The position numbers and the translations under genes were made by a program. DNA of 64,000 nt from Chrysomallon squamiferum (Eukaryota; Animalia; Mollusca). Under the pieces are notes generated by a model. That model made no database searches. It was given only the letters and a program-made list of their open reading frames with translations, and was not told the origin of the DNA. Each line of letters starts with the position of its first letter. The stretch's first letter is position 1. Positions 1 to 22,506 of this stretch are shown one piece after another. The DNA lies in assembly GCA_012295275.1 (NCBI GenBank), contig CM022669.1, positions 10,230,001 to 10,294,000 of the forward strand, written 5' to 3'.

Positions 1-796
1 CCTTTATCGTGTATATTAAAAATATTTTGTAACTGATATGACTGAGCCGTCAGATCTGCTACATTATACTGAAGTAATATCATGTTGATTTTATGTTGTG
101 TTGCTCAGTTGTAAGTTTACAGTCCTAAAACATGTATAATAAAATTCTCCATGCTTACCTGTCAAAACCTTTAAGTCCACATTTGCAAAGTCAACAAGGC
201 TTTTTATTCACACTTAAGAAAAACAACATAAATTTGGCCCAGTTATGTCATTAAAACCATGTAAATTAGAACTTGAATTGTACTGCATTAATTTAAGGAT
301 AAAGTTTTTCGTTTTAGTTAGATGTATGGTTTATACACACAAATATAGGAAGTTTTAAAGATGTCAAATATTTTAATTTACTGGATTTCAAACAAAATAC
401 AGATTTTTTTTATTGTTGTCCTTTTTTCTTTTTTTTGTCGGGGGGGTGGGGAGGGTTAATTAGTTGACCACAGCTGACACCTACCACAGTTAAACAAAAT
501 ACTCTGAAAACATCAACATTTTTAATGCATTTTTGCTTGTACAGTATAAAAGACCTTTACACTGATTAAAAAATTTCTTTCATTATTTTATCGCAGTTAG
601 CCCATCTTTTTATTTGATTTGATATTCTGATGCTGGTTTTAAAAAATATACACACTTAATAATAAATACAGTTTTTTTTTTTTATGTTAAAATTTATTCT
701 TCTTTAACAGAATAACATTAAGAACATAATTAACAATCACACATTGACCAGTTACATCACAATGTCTTCATAAGTAAGTTTATAAATATATATACA

Positions 797-1062
797 TTAT
801 ATATCTTTCCATTTTAAATCACAAATAACTGCAATGTGGTCAGAGGGATGGACAATACTTGGCAATGCCACATGCATGGTTACTTCTAAGTGGTCAAACA
901 TGGGTATGACACGATCAACACTTAGTTTAGTGGAGTCTGAGAAAATGTAATCTAGCGCCCCAAAGAAACTGTTAGTGAAGTTTGTGTATTCTGGATAGCC
1001 ACACGAGCTGATTAGTTTCAGACTGTGCTCTAGATCAAGTTGAATGTATCGGTCTTCTCCTC
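797..1062 (-). CDS. PDE12: PDE12 exon 6 (last coding exon)
   Basis: Acceptor gttttcag|. Translates GGEDRYIQLDLEHSLKLISSCGYPEYTNFTNSFFGALDYIF...PSDHIAVICDLKWKDI*, stop TAA at 799-797. Confidence 0.94.
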
Positions 1063-2539
1063 CTGAAAACAGCAAAATAAAATATTTAATTACACATACA
1101 GTTTGTATGTCATGTTTTTAACAGTCGAGAGAATAGGCTAATAGTTTAAAGATATAAATGTAACATATTCCAAAACAGAAATACTGTTTGTTTGACATAC
1201 TTGTTTAAATTTGATTACATATGTTTGTAATTATTTTTAATAGTCTACATAAAATGGTCTAATACTCTACAGATACAAATATAATATTATGTCAAAAAAG
1301 ACAGATTTGTTTAAAATACATATTACTGTTATGTGCATCAAGGATAAGTATTTATTTGAAGCAAAAATAAATGTATATTTTTGTAAATTTTGCATAAATA
1401 ATTATAGTTATTATGTTTCAAATATATTTGACATTTTAAATTGTTAAAATATTTTTCAAATGTTTATTTTTCAAAACAATAATACCAAAATTATGATTTA
1501 AAAAGTAAATTTTATTTTAAAGCAATCAAAGATTCAAAACCTAAGAAAAAACAAAAAAAGAGAAAAATTTAAGCCATAGAAAAATAATAAAAAATAAAAT
1601 AAAAAAATTAAAATAAAATGTGGTACTTTTCACTCATTAATAGATATCATCATATATTTACTTTAAAAATAAAACTATACAATCAGAAAAACCAGATGAA
1701 AACAACAATAGTCTTGTTCCCTACTGATATTTACTTATTTACTTATTACAACATATTTATGCATCACCTTTTCCATACTAAGTAAGTACAAGGGTGATTT
1801 ACAGTGTAAACTAATGAACTAAAATACAAAAAGACATGGACACAAACATATTAAAATAAATGTAAACATAATGGTGAACACGTCAAAAATAAATGAGATG
1901 TATTTAAAAACTGTTTAAAATAATTAACAGACTGATTGAACATTTTAAACATGTTCACAGTTAAGTGACAAACCTGACTTCCAGCTGTGGTGGTCAGCTC
2001 TGACCTTCCCGGTGGTTATCAGTTCTACAGCCCCAGTCTCTGGTGACGAGTTAAAATCACCACAAAAAATAACTGCTGACGTTTTGCCCTGTTAAATTGA
2101 CAACATTTTAAAACAATAAATTATTTAAATAATTTTGTCTAGTATCATTTTTATCACAGGAAATCAAGAAATGAAATTAAAGTATTCTCCCTAAGTACTC
2201 TGCACTTTTAAAACAATTACTGCTTATTTAAATACTACGTTCTAATACCATTTTTATCCATGGATATCAAGAAATGAAATTAAAGTATTTAATCTAAGTA
2301 CTTTCTATTAACTGATTTACTGAAGGTCGTAGTTTATGCTTTTATTTATGGGAATTATATATAGAAGATTCCTTGCTGTATTTAAGAGAGGCATTTATTT
2401 GGAGGCTACAGATGATTTTTCTTCCCATTACAAATATAATTTGCAGGAGTCAGACCACAAATGTTCTAAGATCCAGTTTAACATTAATTCATTAACATAA
2501 CACATATTGTTTTATAATTATTATTATTATTGTTATTTT

Positions 2540-2570
<31 letters not shown>

Positions 2571-5500
2571 ATGCATATGTGTGTGTGTGTTATTTATATA
2601 TTTGTTTATTTTTTCAAAAAGAATACATTATAAACAAAAGTGAAATCGTAGCATCAAAGTATAATGGGAGATAATACAAATACAAAATGCACTAAGAAGA
2701 GTAGACACAAAGATATTGTTTTAAAATGTTTGAAAACCAGAAACATTACTTAATGTTTTGAGTTAATTTGCAACTGTACATGCAACAAAATAAATATATA
2801 AAAATTAATGTAAAATCTGCTTTTTCCATCTAACTTTTACCACTAAAAAACCCCTTAATTTTCATGTCTTTATCAAGTTATTTTCCAATAAACAGAATAT
2901 CAGAGCTTGATAAATGCTGAAGATTATAATAAACACTGTAAAGACTGCAGCCATCACAATCCATTAAGTTACAAAAATAAAGATGCTAGCTTCAAAATGA
3001 TTGTATTATAACTGCATTGAATAAAAATATACGAGTCTTGAAAAATAATCTTTGGTTTTCTTTCAATTACTGAAATAAATATATCATGTAATTAAGAGAA
3101 ATATTAATGTAGCGATCATTCTAATTTTGTGTTTTACAGTGCATTCAGATGGATAAATAGAAATAGATAATAGATATAGATATATACACACCACACATAA
3201 GTACATTCATACAATAGTAATTGTACATACATACATACATACAGAGAGAGAGAGAGAGAGAGAGAATATTACCATTTCACTGAGTTGTCTGCATATCTTC
3301 TCTATAAATCTCAGAGACAGCATTGTCTGAATGAGTCGAATGTTGCAGGCGTCTGGGTGGAAGTACAGGTGTGTGTTAGCGACACACAGACAGTGGTTTG
3401 CGTGTTCCTCAGACTCCAACACAGTGACCTGCAGAGCGGTAGATCGCTGATCCAGGGCTTCCTTCAGAGCTGGCTTAGTGCACACCATGTCACTGATATC
3501 CTTGTTTATGTCATCCTCGTACAGAAATGTGGATAGAATGACGTCTTTTTGGTCAAGAAGTCTTGTAGAAGATTTTGTAAACAGAAGAAAAGTTAAAACA
3601 ACATATTTTTAAGAAATGATATATTTAGGGAAGGTTTATAGATTTTTTTTTTTTTCTTTATAATTAGTTTGAAAATAATAATAAAAATAAGTTTAATAAT
3701 ATGAGTAAAAATGTTTTTAAAAATAATATTTACATATTCAATATGAGAATAATAATATTTGAAATAAATTATAAACACAAAAATATAAACATTAAAAATA
3801 AAAACAATTTATGCATTATTTATAACTGAAATATGTATTTATTAAAATATATTGATTACTGAATAGTAAACATGCATCTTAATTTACATATTTTTTTAAT
3901 TTAAAAGCAATAGTTTATCTGATTAATTGCCTTAGGATTAGAAAAACAACAGCCTGGTTTATTTAGTGTTTTTTTTTAATTATACATTTATTTGATTTTT
4001 TTTCTTTTTTTTTGCTCTTTCTGTTACAAAAAAATAAGAAAACAAATAAATTATTAATAATATAAAATACAAACAAATTACAAATGAGTCTGTAAATTTT
4101 AAATAAAATTCAATAAATACAAAAAAATTAAGCTCACTTAAATTTTGATCTTCTGTAGAATGTCGCTGATCCTTCTGCAACTTCCCCGCCTTTCAGTTTG
4201 AGCCACCCACCATATTCCAGTAAATCCAGGGCTGGCAAGAGGCAGCCCTTAAAAACTCTTCTATCTACTTCTTGTAGACAGATGATATCAGCCTTGTACC
4301 CTGAAAAGTTAAAAGTCAGGAAGAATAAAACAAGTTATCTGTGTAATGTACATCCTGGTGATATCATTAAAGAGATGATAAAACATACACATTGGGGCTA
4401 GAATCATAATACTATAAACTGAAGAATATTCTGAAGAAACTAGATGTTGTTTCTCTATATCTAAACAGTAAAATATTTCTATTATAATATTATTATAATT
4501 CAGTTTAAATTATATTTAAAATTAATTTTAAAATATTCTTTTCTAATGCTATTCCAACATGTTTAAAAAAACAAAGAAAATTAGAATATTTTCGATACCA
4601 ATCATGTATCATTTTACTTTAAGATGCATTTTCAAACTTACCACATATTTCTTTCAGTAAAAGTTGTTTTCTGTAGTCTATGGCTAAGGCATAAGGTGGA
4701 CAATAGCTGAACAGATTTTCACGACTGAAGTCTGAATCTGCATACAAGTCAGCCAAAATGTTGTACGACATCACACGAAAACTTGAACATAAAACAAAAT
4801 AACACTGATAGTGACATCAAAAGTAAATAAGAAACAAAATCTTGCAAAAATATGACTTTTTTAAATATAGATACCTCTCTGTCTATTCTGGATTTTAGGT
4901 GTGTGTGTGTGTGTGTGTCAAACACTGCTTCCAAAAACTTAAAATGCAGGTCACCACCAGTTTCCAGACTTGTTGTACAAATGGTCTACAGATATAAGAC
5001 AAAGCCCTGAGTTTCAAAAATAATTCTAACATTGGAAATATATAATGAATGTCTGAATGAGAACTGTTAAAGTTCTTCAGTTATGGGTGAAAGAGGTGCT
5101 GTTGGTTTCTGTCTATTAATCTGCTATATAAAAATGTATTTATTTATTGCACATTTTGGATAATATATTTAAAAATATGAATACTTCATAAATCAGAGCT
5201 CCATCTAAAAAAAAAAGATTTTAATTTTAAAAAAATTAAAATTAAAATTATTTTTTACAAATTTAAAAAAAATATATATATACTGTTTTACTATCAGTAA
5301 AAAATACTAATTCTGCTGGACTACTCTTAATGACACTACCAACAGTAATTTCATATTATTATGGTTGTTGTTGTTGTTGACACTGTTACGGTTTTGGAGT
5401 TATTATTTGTTATTTATTGTTGTTAATGTCATCATCATTGTTATTGCTGGTAATTCACAATTATTTATGGAACAAAAAATATATTGTGTTCACTAACCAG

Positions 5501-6581
5501 GTGAGTGTAGTTAGACAATTTGTATCTAATTTTAGATCAAAACTCAAGTATGGTTTATTGTGAATTTAGATGACAAGACTCAAAACCAATTCATTTAGAA
5601 GAAGTTTACCAGTTAATTTTATTATGTCACAGAACCCAACACCATTTAGACAATCAAAATGAATTAGTTTACAACTTAAATACGATAACAATGTCACTGT
5701 TTGATCATAGTATAACGATGTTTGTCATCTCTTTACATAAAATCGTAAAATACTTAAACACAGACCAGCCAGGACCTGCTTCATCTGGAGTAAACAGATG
5801 TCTGCTGTCAAAGGGACAAATACCAGGTCCAGCTTCTACTTCAACTTTTGACAAACATGACATTTCTTTTCCTACTCTGTCAGAATTTTTGGGATAACAA
5901 ATAAAATTTAATTTGTGTCCAATGTCTTGTGTGGTTGGAGTGTATACAAGATCACAAGAAACCTCTGCATCTTGAGCTTCATTACTGTGACCTGTGTTTG
6001 ATGATGCTTCTGCTTTCTTAGTAGATTTGTCCGGAACGTGTTTCTTATCAACTCTTAGCCATTCTAAAAGAAGAATGATTGAGATCTGCAAACTCTAACT
6101 CGATTCTTGGGAAAATTGGAAAGCCAGCCATTATACTCGAAGGCAAAGAGAGTGCCACGACTGTTGGTAAATTAACACCAACTGTCAGAACTTTCCCATC
6201 AATGTGAAGTTCGGCACCATCCACCCAAGCTTTGTTATTTGGAATATCATCACTTAACGTTTCTCCTTTGACAAGAAGTTGAATGGCAACTTCGCCTACT
6301 GGTTGTTTGGCGCTTTTCTTTTTGGAACGTTTGGCAGTGACTTTAAGTATATTCTGTTGTAATCGGAGTAAAGCTTTACCCAAAGTTTCTTGTTGCGGCC
6401 GTTCCATGTTAAATGTCCTAGAATTAACCCCGTTTCCAAGTTCATAATCGACACTTATCTGCATTCTCTCTTCGTCTGGAATACATCTGACGAAAACACA
6501 CGGCATCCCGGTGGTCAGAGTTTTTAAACTATTGTACATCAACCAAGACAGCCGCTTTAGACGTGTAATCTTTGACAACAT
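797..6581 (-). CDS. PDE12: 2',5'-phosphodiesterase 12 (mitochondrial deadenylase, EEP/CCR4-nocturnin family); six coding exons, about 595 aa after removing one extra base in exon 1
   Basis: Hand-spliced model join(6581..5766,4781..4642,4300..4138,3561..3273,2088..1974,1062..797). All introns are GT-AG and the phases are compatible (2,1,2,0,1). Motifs FRVMSYNILADLY, ADIICLQEVD, EGSATFYRRSKF, CVANTHLYFHP, FCGDFNS, LDYIF and PSDHIAVICDLKWK are collinear with vertebrate PDE12 as I recall it. Confidence 0.95.
1974..2088 (-). CDS. PDE12: PDE12 exon 5
   Basis: Acceptor tttaacag|, donor G|gtttgt. Translates GKTSAVIFCGDFNSSPETGAVELITTGKVRADHHSWKS, which includes the catalytic GDFN motif. Confidence 0.93.
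3273..3561 (-). CDS. PDE12: PDE12 exon 4
   Basis: Acceptor ctacaag|, donor ATG|gtaata. Translates LLDQKDVILSTFLYEDDINKDISDMVCTKPALKEALDQRSTALQVTVLES...CVANTHLYFHPDACNIRLIQ...QLSEM. Confidence 0.92.
4138..4300 (-). CDS. PDE12: PDE12 exon 3
   Basis: Acceptor ttttcag|, donor AA|gtgagc. Translates GYKADIICLQEVDRRVFKGCLLPALDLLEYGGWLKLKGGEVAEGSATFYRRSKF. Confidence 0.93.
4642..4781 (-). CDS. PDE12: PDE12 exon 2
   Basis: Acceptor ttcaag|, donor G|gtaagt. Translates FRVMSYNILADLYADSDFSRENLFSYCPPYALAIDYRKQLLLKEIC. Not in the ORF track. Confidence 0.93.
5766..6581 (-). CDS. PDE12: PDE12 exon 1 (basic N-terminal presequence plus N-terminal domain); contains a +1 frameshift near 6062-6065
   Basis: ATG at 6581 (MLSKITRLKRLSWLMYNS...). 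The first frame reads ...LPSSIMAGFPIFPRIELEFADLNHSSFR. The second frame continues WLRVDKK...VYTPTTQDIGHKLNFICYP...VEAGPGICPFDSRHLFT. Donor TG|GTCTGT at 5766/5765. Confidence 0.9.
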
Positions 6582-6789
6582 TGACTCGATAAAGTGCAAT
6601 ACACAGCAAAGCGGAAATTATTAAAATAATGTGTTTTCTCTCCGAAAGAACTCTACACTTTCAGGAGTTATTTCCCTTAATAAATTCATTATATTTTCTT
6701 ATTTTTCATTTCTGAGAAAGTTTGATTGTTTGTTCATTCTTTGTTGTTATTTATTTATTTTGTTAGTTAGTTGTTACGGTTATATATTA

Positions 6790-6840
<51 letters not shown>

Positions 6841-6986
6841 CAGTAATAAATACAACATATAATACATTCTTAAGCATTATACTAACAGATACAAATACAA
6901 ATGAAACCAAAGCCTAGGAAACGTTATAAGTGTTATTTATTATAATTGGTTTTAAATAATAACTTTAAATGTACAGTAATATGCAG

Positions 6987-7279
6987 CAGTAGCCGTATTA
7001 ACGCATGGCTATGCTTTTCAGTTTCGTGGGTACTCCACTAATAAAGGAGCCACGTGCTAATCTATGCATATTGTGACGTGCTGTCAATAAATAAATAAAT
7101 AAATAAATGCTATACTATACTAAATTATAAACATTTGTTACTGGAAAATGCATATTTAGCATTTGTTTTACTAAAGATAATGAAAACTATTTTTTTATGA
7201 TAACAAGTGGACATTGTGTAGCTAGGGTCCCCAGTGCACTGCTGTCCCTCGGGCCTGTGATACTGTTAAGATGTCCGTG
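6987..7279. mobile_element. Possible old MITE remnant upstream of PDE12
   Basis: Imperfect inverted ends CAGTAGCCGTATTAAC ... GTTAAGATGTCCGTG with GC-rich subterminal segments; heavily diverged. Confidence 0.25.
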
Positions 7280-7682
7280 GTAGTAGCAGCTGTTATAATA
7301 CTAGAAACAGCAGCAGTAATAGTAGAAAAAGATATTAAATGTTAAATAATTATGTTAACAAAACAAAACCTGGTAAAGAGAGATAACTCAATGAGTTTTC
7401 TCTCATTCAATTACGTTCCGTATGAGAAATAAACCGTTTGTAGTTTCACTGAATGGCTTTTAACATCTGTGAGTTAAATTATCTCGTATAACTACGAATT
7501 TAATCATATCTTTTTTATTTCTTTTTAAAGTGTATATTAATTAAACATATAACAGCATATAAGTATGATATTCACAGCAGAACCATACAAACATTCATAT
7601 AAGATTTGCTGTTTAACTGACGTCAAGTCAAATGTTTGTATATACGGTAAGAAAGTTTGTTGATTTCTAAATATATATATTA

Positions 7683-7731
<49 letters not shown>

Positions 7732-8511
7732 CATCCAAATATCGATTATACTTAAATATATATATTGTACTCTATTTTTTCAGTTCGCCTTACTAATTAA
7801 TACATATTAGACACTAAAAACTGTTGATTATATAACCACGATAAGCATGCGTGAATGTTCAGTACAAGTAAATACGATTAAAATGGTTAATTTTATGCCT
7901 CCATTTTTCCAAAAATATATTTTTATTATTTTTATTTTTGACTGTGAAAAGAAAAAACAACGAATGTAGTAGTAGTAAAAGTAGTAGTAGTAGTATCCAT
8001 GATGGTAGTAGTAGTAGTAGCAGCAGCAATAGTAGTAGTAACAGTAGTAGCATAATAGTGTAATTTTCCATCCATACTGATTTACATTACTCTTGTCTTG
8101 AAACTGTAATTTATGGTTTTCAGTCCCTACTTAGCGGAAAAAAAAAAAAAAAAAAGTCGAGTAATGAGTAGTATTTATATTAATTCATCTCATTCGAAAT
8201 TTTTATAATAACAACAACAATTACAGAAAAACAACAAAAACATATTAATATAACAACAACAGAGAGCAAAGGTCACAATATTATGACGTCATCAATAGAT
8301 TGACGTTTATTAGACGCTAGCGTTATATTAAGATTTTGTTATATACGAGGAGTCAAGTCATTTGCTTGTACTTAAGGTAAGATGGTTTGTTAATTTCTAA
8401 GTACATTATTATATACATACATATGAAGATAAAAATTATGTTGCTAGTTTGATACTCGTTAAAAGACAATAAATTATCAAACTAAAACAGCCTATAACCC
8501 TTTAAATTCAT

Positions 8512-8542
<31 letters not shown>

Positions 8543-9373
8543 AAACACCTAGAAATATTTACACGATTTTGAAGTTATGAACACTACTTATAACTTATTT
8601 CCAAAAATTAACATCAGTTCTAAGTATCTATTGCATATCTACCTCTATCTTGCAATCAGGGTAGATTTATACACTTGAGCTACCTTTTAGGACTACTAAA
8701 CCTGTGTGTTCATTTATAATTTTATTCTGTAAATAGAAATTGTTGAGACCTCTGCAAATGTTCCATAGTTCAGTGCTCCGCTGAGTCTAAATATTCAGTC
8801 GTGAAACTTTTTAGTATCTGCAGACTGATGAACTGTAATTTATTAATACGCTTTTGACGTCAGTCCACGTCTCCGAACGTCTTTTAGTCGTTAACAGGGA
8901 AGTTGTGAAAATGTCAAATGTCATTTTGTGTTAAAGTCTGAGGCCAGCATGCGTCATTTTGTCAACATTCAACCCGAAAGTTTTACATTTGGTGAATGAA
9001 TTTTTATTTTTTTTTTTTTTTTTTTCTACTTTAATAATAGTTTGTTTTCAATTATTTGATATAACTGCAGATTTAATCATTCATATCATTTTTTTTTTTT
9101 TTAAAGTATATATTATTTAATAGTTTGATTCCATGCACAACTCTTTTCTTCTTTTTTTTAATTTAGTCTGACATCAGCTGTAAATCTGACACATATACAC
9201 ACATACACACACACCCACACACACACACAACACAAACACGCGCGCTTAAACACACAAGCACACATTCCATGTTTTAACATCAAGTTTGCATCACCAATTT
9301 AGTAAAAAGACTTTTGAGACCTAATCTAATTGTTTGAAACTTTATCATCTTTTATATTATTATTATTTTTTTT

Positions 9374-9408
<35 letters not shown>

Positions 9409-10626
9409 ATATTAGTATTATTATTATTTATTGATGTTCATGGATATTGTACTTCTTTTAATATTAAGATCTTTTGAAATTATTACATTTACTAGTTAAT
9501 ACAAAATTATTAGTAACATTCATTCATGATGCTCAATTAATTTAGGCGAATTTAAACTTAATTAGTAATGTTTTGATCTTAATCCTTGATTTTATGCCAA
9601 TTTTTCTCTCGATTCCCTTTAAAATGAGAAGCATTATATTATCTTTAATCAGATATTCATCATTATAATTTACTGGTTATACCACGAACTAAAATGTGTT
9701 TATTAATGGAAATAGCTCTCTATAATTATTTTTATTATTATCATTATTATTATTGTTGTTGTTGTTGTTGTTGTTGTTGTCTGAATGTTTTACGAAACTC
9801 AGTTCTATATAACCTAGGTACGGTTAAGGGAAAAAAACACTCTCTCGGAATTTAAACACAGTGAAAATAAAATGTTCGACGGACTCCTACTTGAATCAGC
9901 TTCTATGTATGTTAGTAACTTTATATCTGATTAATAAACTGTGACGCTAAATTTGTCTCACAGGTTCACAATGTAGTACATATTTGTCAGAAGGAAAATA
10001 AGGAACTAACTACACTATTCATTACTGTCACCGAGCTTACCTAGAAAACACAAATAACTTGACATTAACTTTTATTTTAAACTATTCTGTGTATGCTTTC
10101 CTTTTCAATTATTTTTCTTTTCTTCTTTCTTTTTTTTTATTTTATTCTATTTTTTAATTTTTTTTAATTAATTTATTACTGTTTCTGTTTTTATTGTTTT
10201 TGTTATCCTTTTTTATTTTATTTATTATTATTTTGTTTCTATGCTAAACATATTCATTATTTTTTCAAAGTAAGGATGGCGTCAAAAATATTTACATTGT
10301 ACGACGATAATATCGATATATTCATTATAAATAAAATTATTTATTATACTTAATGTATAGTGAAAATAACATGAATTATGCTGTTTGATTAAAACTTCTT
10401 TTTTCCACGTTAGATTTGTTCTAGTAATAAAATATGTACATTTTAGTCCATATTTGTCAGTCTCTTCCTCTTCATTTACTCAGTTTTCAATTGCATCTTA
10501 AAAATTTCGGTACTATCCGTAAGAAAACCTGGTAAAGTGATAATTATCTTGAACCTAGTGAAGTATTAATTATATATATATATATATATATACATATGTA
10601 TGTGTTTATCAATATGTATGTGTGTA

Positions 10627-10659
<33 letters not shown>

Positions 10660-10961
10660 TGTTAAAGATTAATTACTTTATGTCTGACACAATAATTATG
10701 ATGATACCACAGAATTAACCGTTCTGCACTTAATAAAAGTTGCAGATTTGTCTCTATTATTATTATTATTATTTATTACAATGTCTATCATTAATCAAGC
10801 GAGGGAAAAGCGGAAACAATGATAATTTGAACTGATCTATCACAAGGTGAGAGACAGACAACAGTAGGCGCTAAACTCACCTGAAAGGTAATCTATCTAA
10901 ATATTTCATTCACATTTTTAAACATTAGTAGTTGTTTATTTCTTCTTATTCTTATGATTAT

Positions 10962-11725
<764 letters not shown>

Positions 11726-12149
11726 ATATACATTAAATTATGTGGTCACGTTGTTATTCTTATAAACGTAATTGGTTTTAGTTTCTATTAAAGATAATTT
11801 CACAAGCACTTGATGGGGATGCATAAAGTAAAGTTGTTTGTATTGGTTTTTTTTAATATCTTTTAATTTTTAATTTTTGTTTTTTAATTTATTTATTTTT
11901 ATTGATGATTTTATATATATATTGTATATACCTTATACAAAATAGTTCTCTTTCTCTTAATTTATTTTCTGTCACCTTTATTTCTTTCTTTCTGTTTTTA
12001 GCACAAGAACTGCTGTATCATAAAGCATTACATTTCAGACAACTTGAAACTGACGCCCCTCTTTTTTCTCAATTGTAAATTATACACAAATATACACGCC
12101 ATAATATCCACACATTAAAAACATCTCGAGCCCGTCGTTCCTTAATTCA

Positions 12150-12268
<119 letters not shown>

Positions 12269-13289
12269 CGCTCGCTCTCGCTGTGTGTGTGTGTGTGTGT
12301 GTGTGTGTTATATGTTAATCAATAAGCCACAAGAAAAAAGAAAAAAACGCCTCAAGTCTAGTTACATACTAAGAATATTCAAGAATATCTGATTTGCGTG
12401 CATGGCCTAGCTACCGGTGTTACCTATCAAAGATAAACGATTGTTTTAGTCACAGAGCTGAGAAGATTCAGTGTTTCACACTTCAGCACACATCTCTGTG
12501 AAATGACAAAGGCTCCGGGATTTGATCCTAGTGTGAACCGGCTAGGTTTTGGCCTCAGTCTAGATGATTTGCCCCTGCATACTGCGTTGCACTCGTTCGT
12601 TTACTTCGACTACGCACTCGCCGAAGATTACCTTGTCATAAGGTGACAGGGGGGAAAAAACAAACATATCTTGTCACAGTTTTACACTGAATGATCGAGC
12701 GGCAAAGTTTTGGGTTAAAAAAGAAAAACTACGAAAAGCGGGTTGTTAGTTGAAACCACTGCCGGACGGTATGGTTCTACACAGGTGACTTGAGACAGAC
12801 TAAGTAGACTCACGCCAGGACTGTGATATCCTGTACGGTTCTGAAAGGGTTAACTTGTGTAAGTCGTCATTTCTTAGCGACTTTCGAAGAGTTTGGTTTC
12901 AATCAGAAAAGAGGGTTTCTAGCAAAAAATCTGAACTGTGGATCCCATCAAATTCAGTGTGGTTTCAGCTCCAGTTTGCTCATAACCAGTCACTGCTTTT
13001 TATTTCCTATCCATTCTTCAAAGTTATATTTCAAGGACATCCTTCAATGAGCAGTTGATGTGAGAGTCTCACAAAAGTGCTTCTTTTTATCTAGGAAAGA
13101 AGGCAACAGTTTAAAACTTGACATAGATGAAACATACGAAAACTTTAGATACTTCTGTGCTTAGAAAAAGAAACTGAGACAAATCCGTCTTTAACTGAGG
13201 AATTACAAAAGCCTGTAGAACGATCATTATGAACATTTATTTTTGAGTGATTCAGCTATCCGTGTACCCTGAACTAGCGTTAAATTAGT

Positions 13290-21838
<8,549 letters not shown>

Positions 21839-21840
21839 AT

Positions 21841-22289
21841 AATAAATAACAAATCGTACACATTATTTTTGTTACCTATTCGGATGGTTTCGGGCACTGC
21901 TGTTGAAATGACGATTTTTTTTATATAAATATTTTTTTTAGATATATATATATTTGTTGTGATCATGTTTTTAAATAAAACTATGTTACCATCTGTGTTT
22001 TTTATGTGTTCATTTTTTAATTTCATTAGTTCTAGCTGAGAAATAACCAAATGGACGAACCAAGAAAGTCTGAGACTACAACCAGAGACGTTCATGCTAC
22101 CTGTTAGTTGTATCCCTTTTAATAACCCTGCAGTTTTATATTCTCACTTAATTAGTTTTCAGTCTTCTTCTAATTTTCTTCTCTATCGATCTTTGTATTT
22201 TTTTTTATCAGTTTTCGAATACCTGCTTTCTGCACATGTTAGTTCCTCTTATTTTCTGCCTGTATGTAAGTAACACTAATGTTAATAAA
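21841..22289 (+). terminator. Candidate polyadenylation signals for the Spaetzle-like gene
   Basis: AATAAA at 21841-21846 (2 nt after the stop) and at 22284-22289. AATAAA is common by chance in this AT-rich DNA. Confidence 0.3.
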
Positions 22290-22471
22290 GCAAACAGAGA
22301 TGTGCTTTTACCAGGATACGATCTCAGTTCTCTTCAGTATCCGGCTTCGACGTAGGTCGATGGCGTAAGAATGATTCATCTGTTGTCTTGTTCATTTCGT
22401 TAACTTCCAAACTTCAGGAAGTGGCAAAGTTTTCAAGTTAATAATAAATATTCACCTGTGTATGCCATATA

Positions 22472-22506
<35 letters not shown>

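Noticed and set aside
797-6581. Calling PDE12 a pseudogene
   Set aside because: There is only one lesion, while all splice sites and catalytic residues are intact. An assembly indel or a recent allele is more parsimonious.
6582-6599. ORF-track start of PDE12 at 6599 (MHFIES...)
   Set aside because: That codon is TTG, a prokaryote-style start call. The first ATG is at 6581.
22310-22385. Possible hammerhead ribozyme cores (CTGANGA motifs here and at about 29689, 39032, 39068 and 57605)
   Set aside because: None is followed by a stem II and GAAA with pairing stems I and III.
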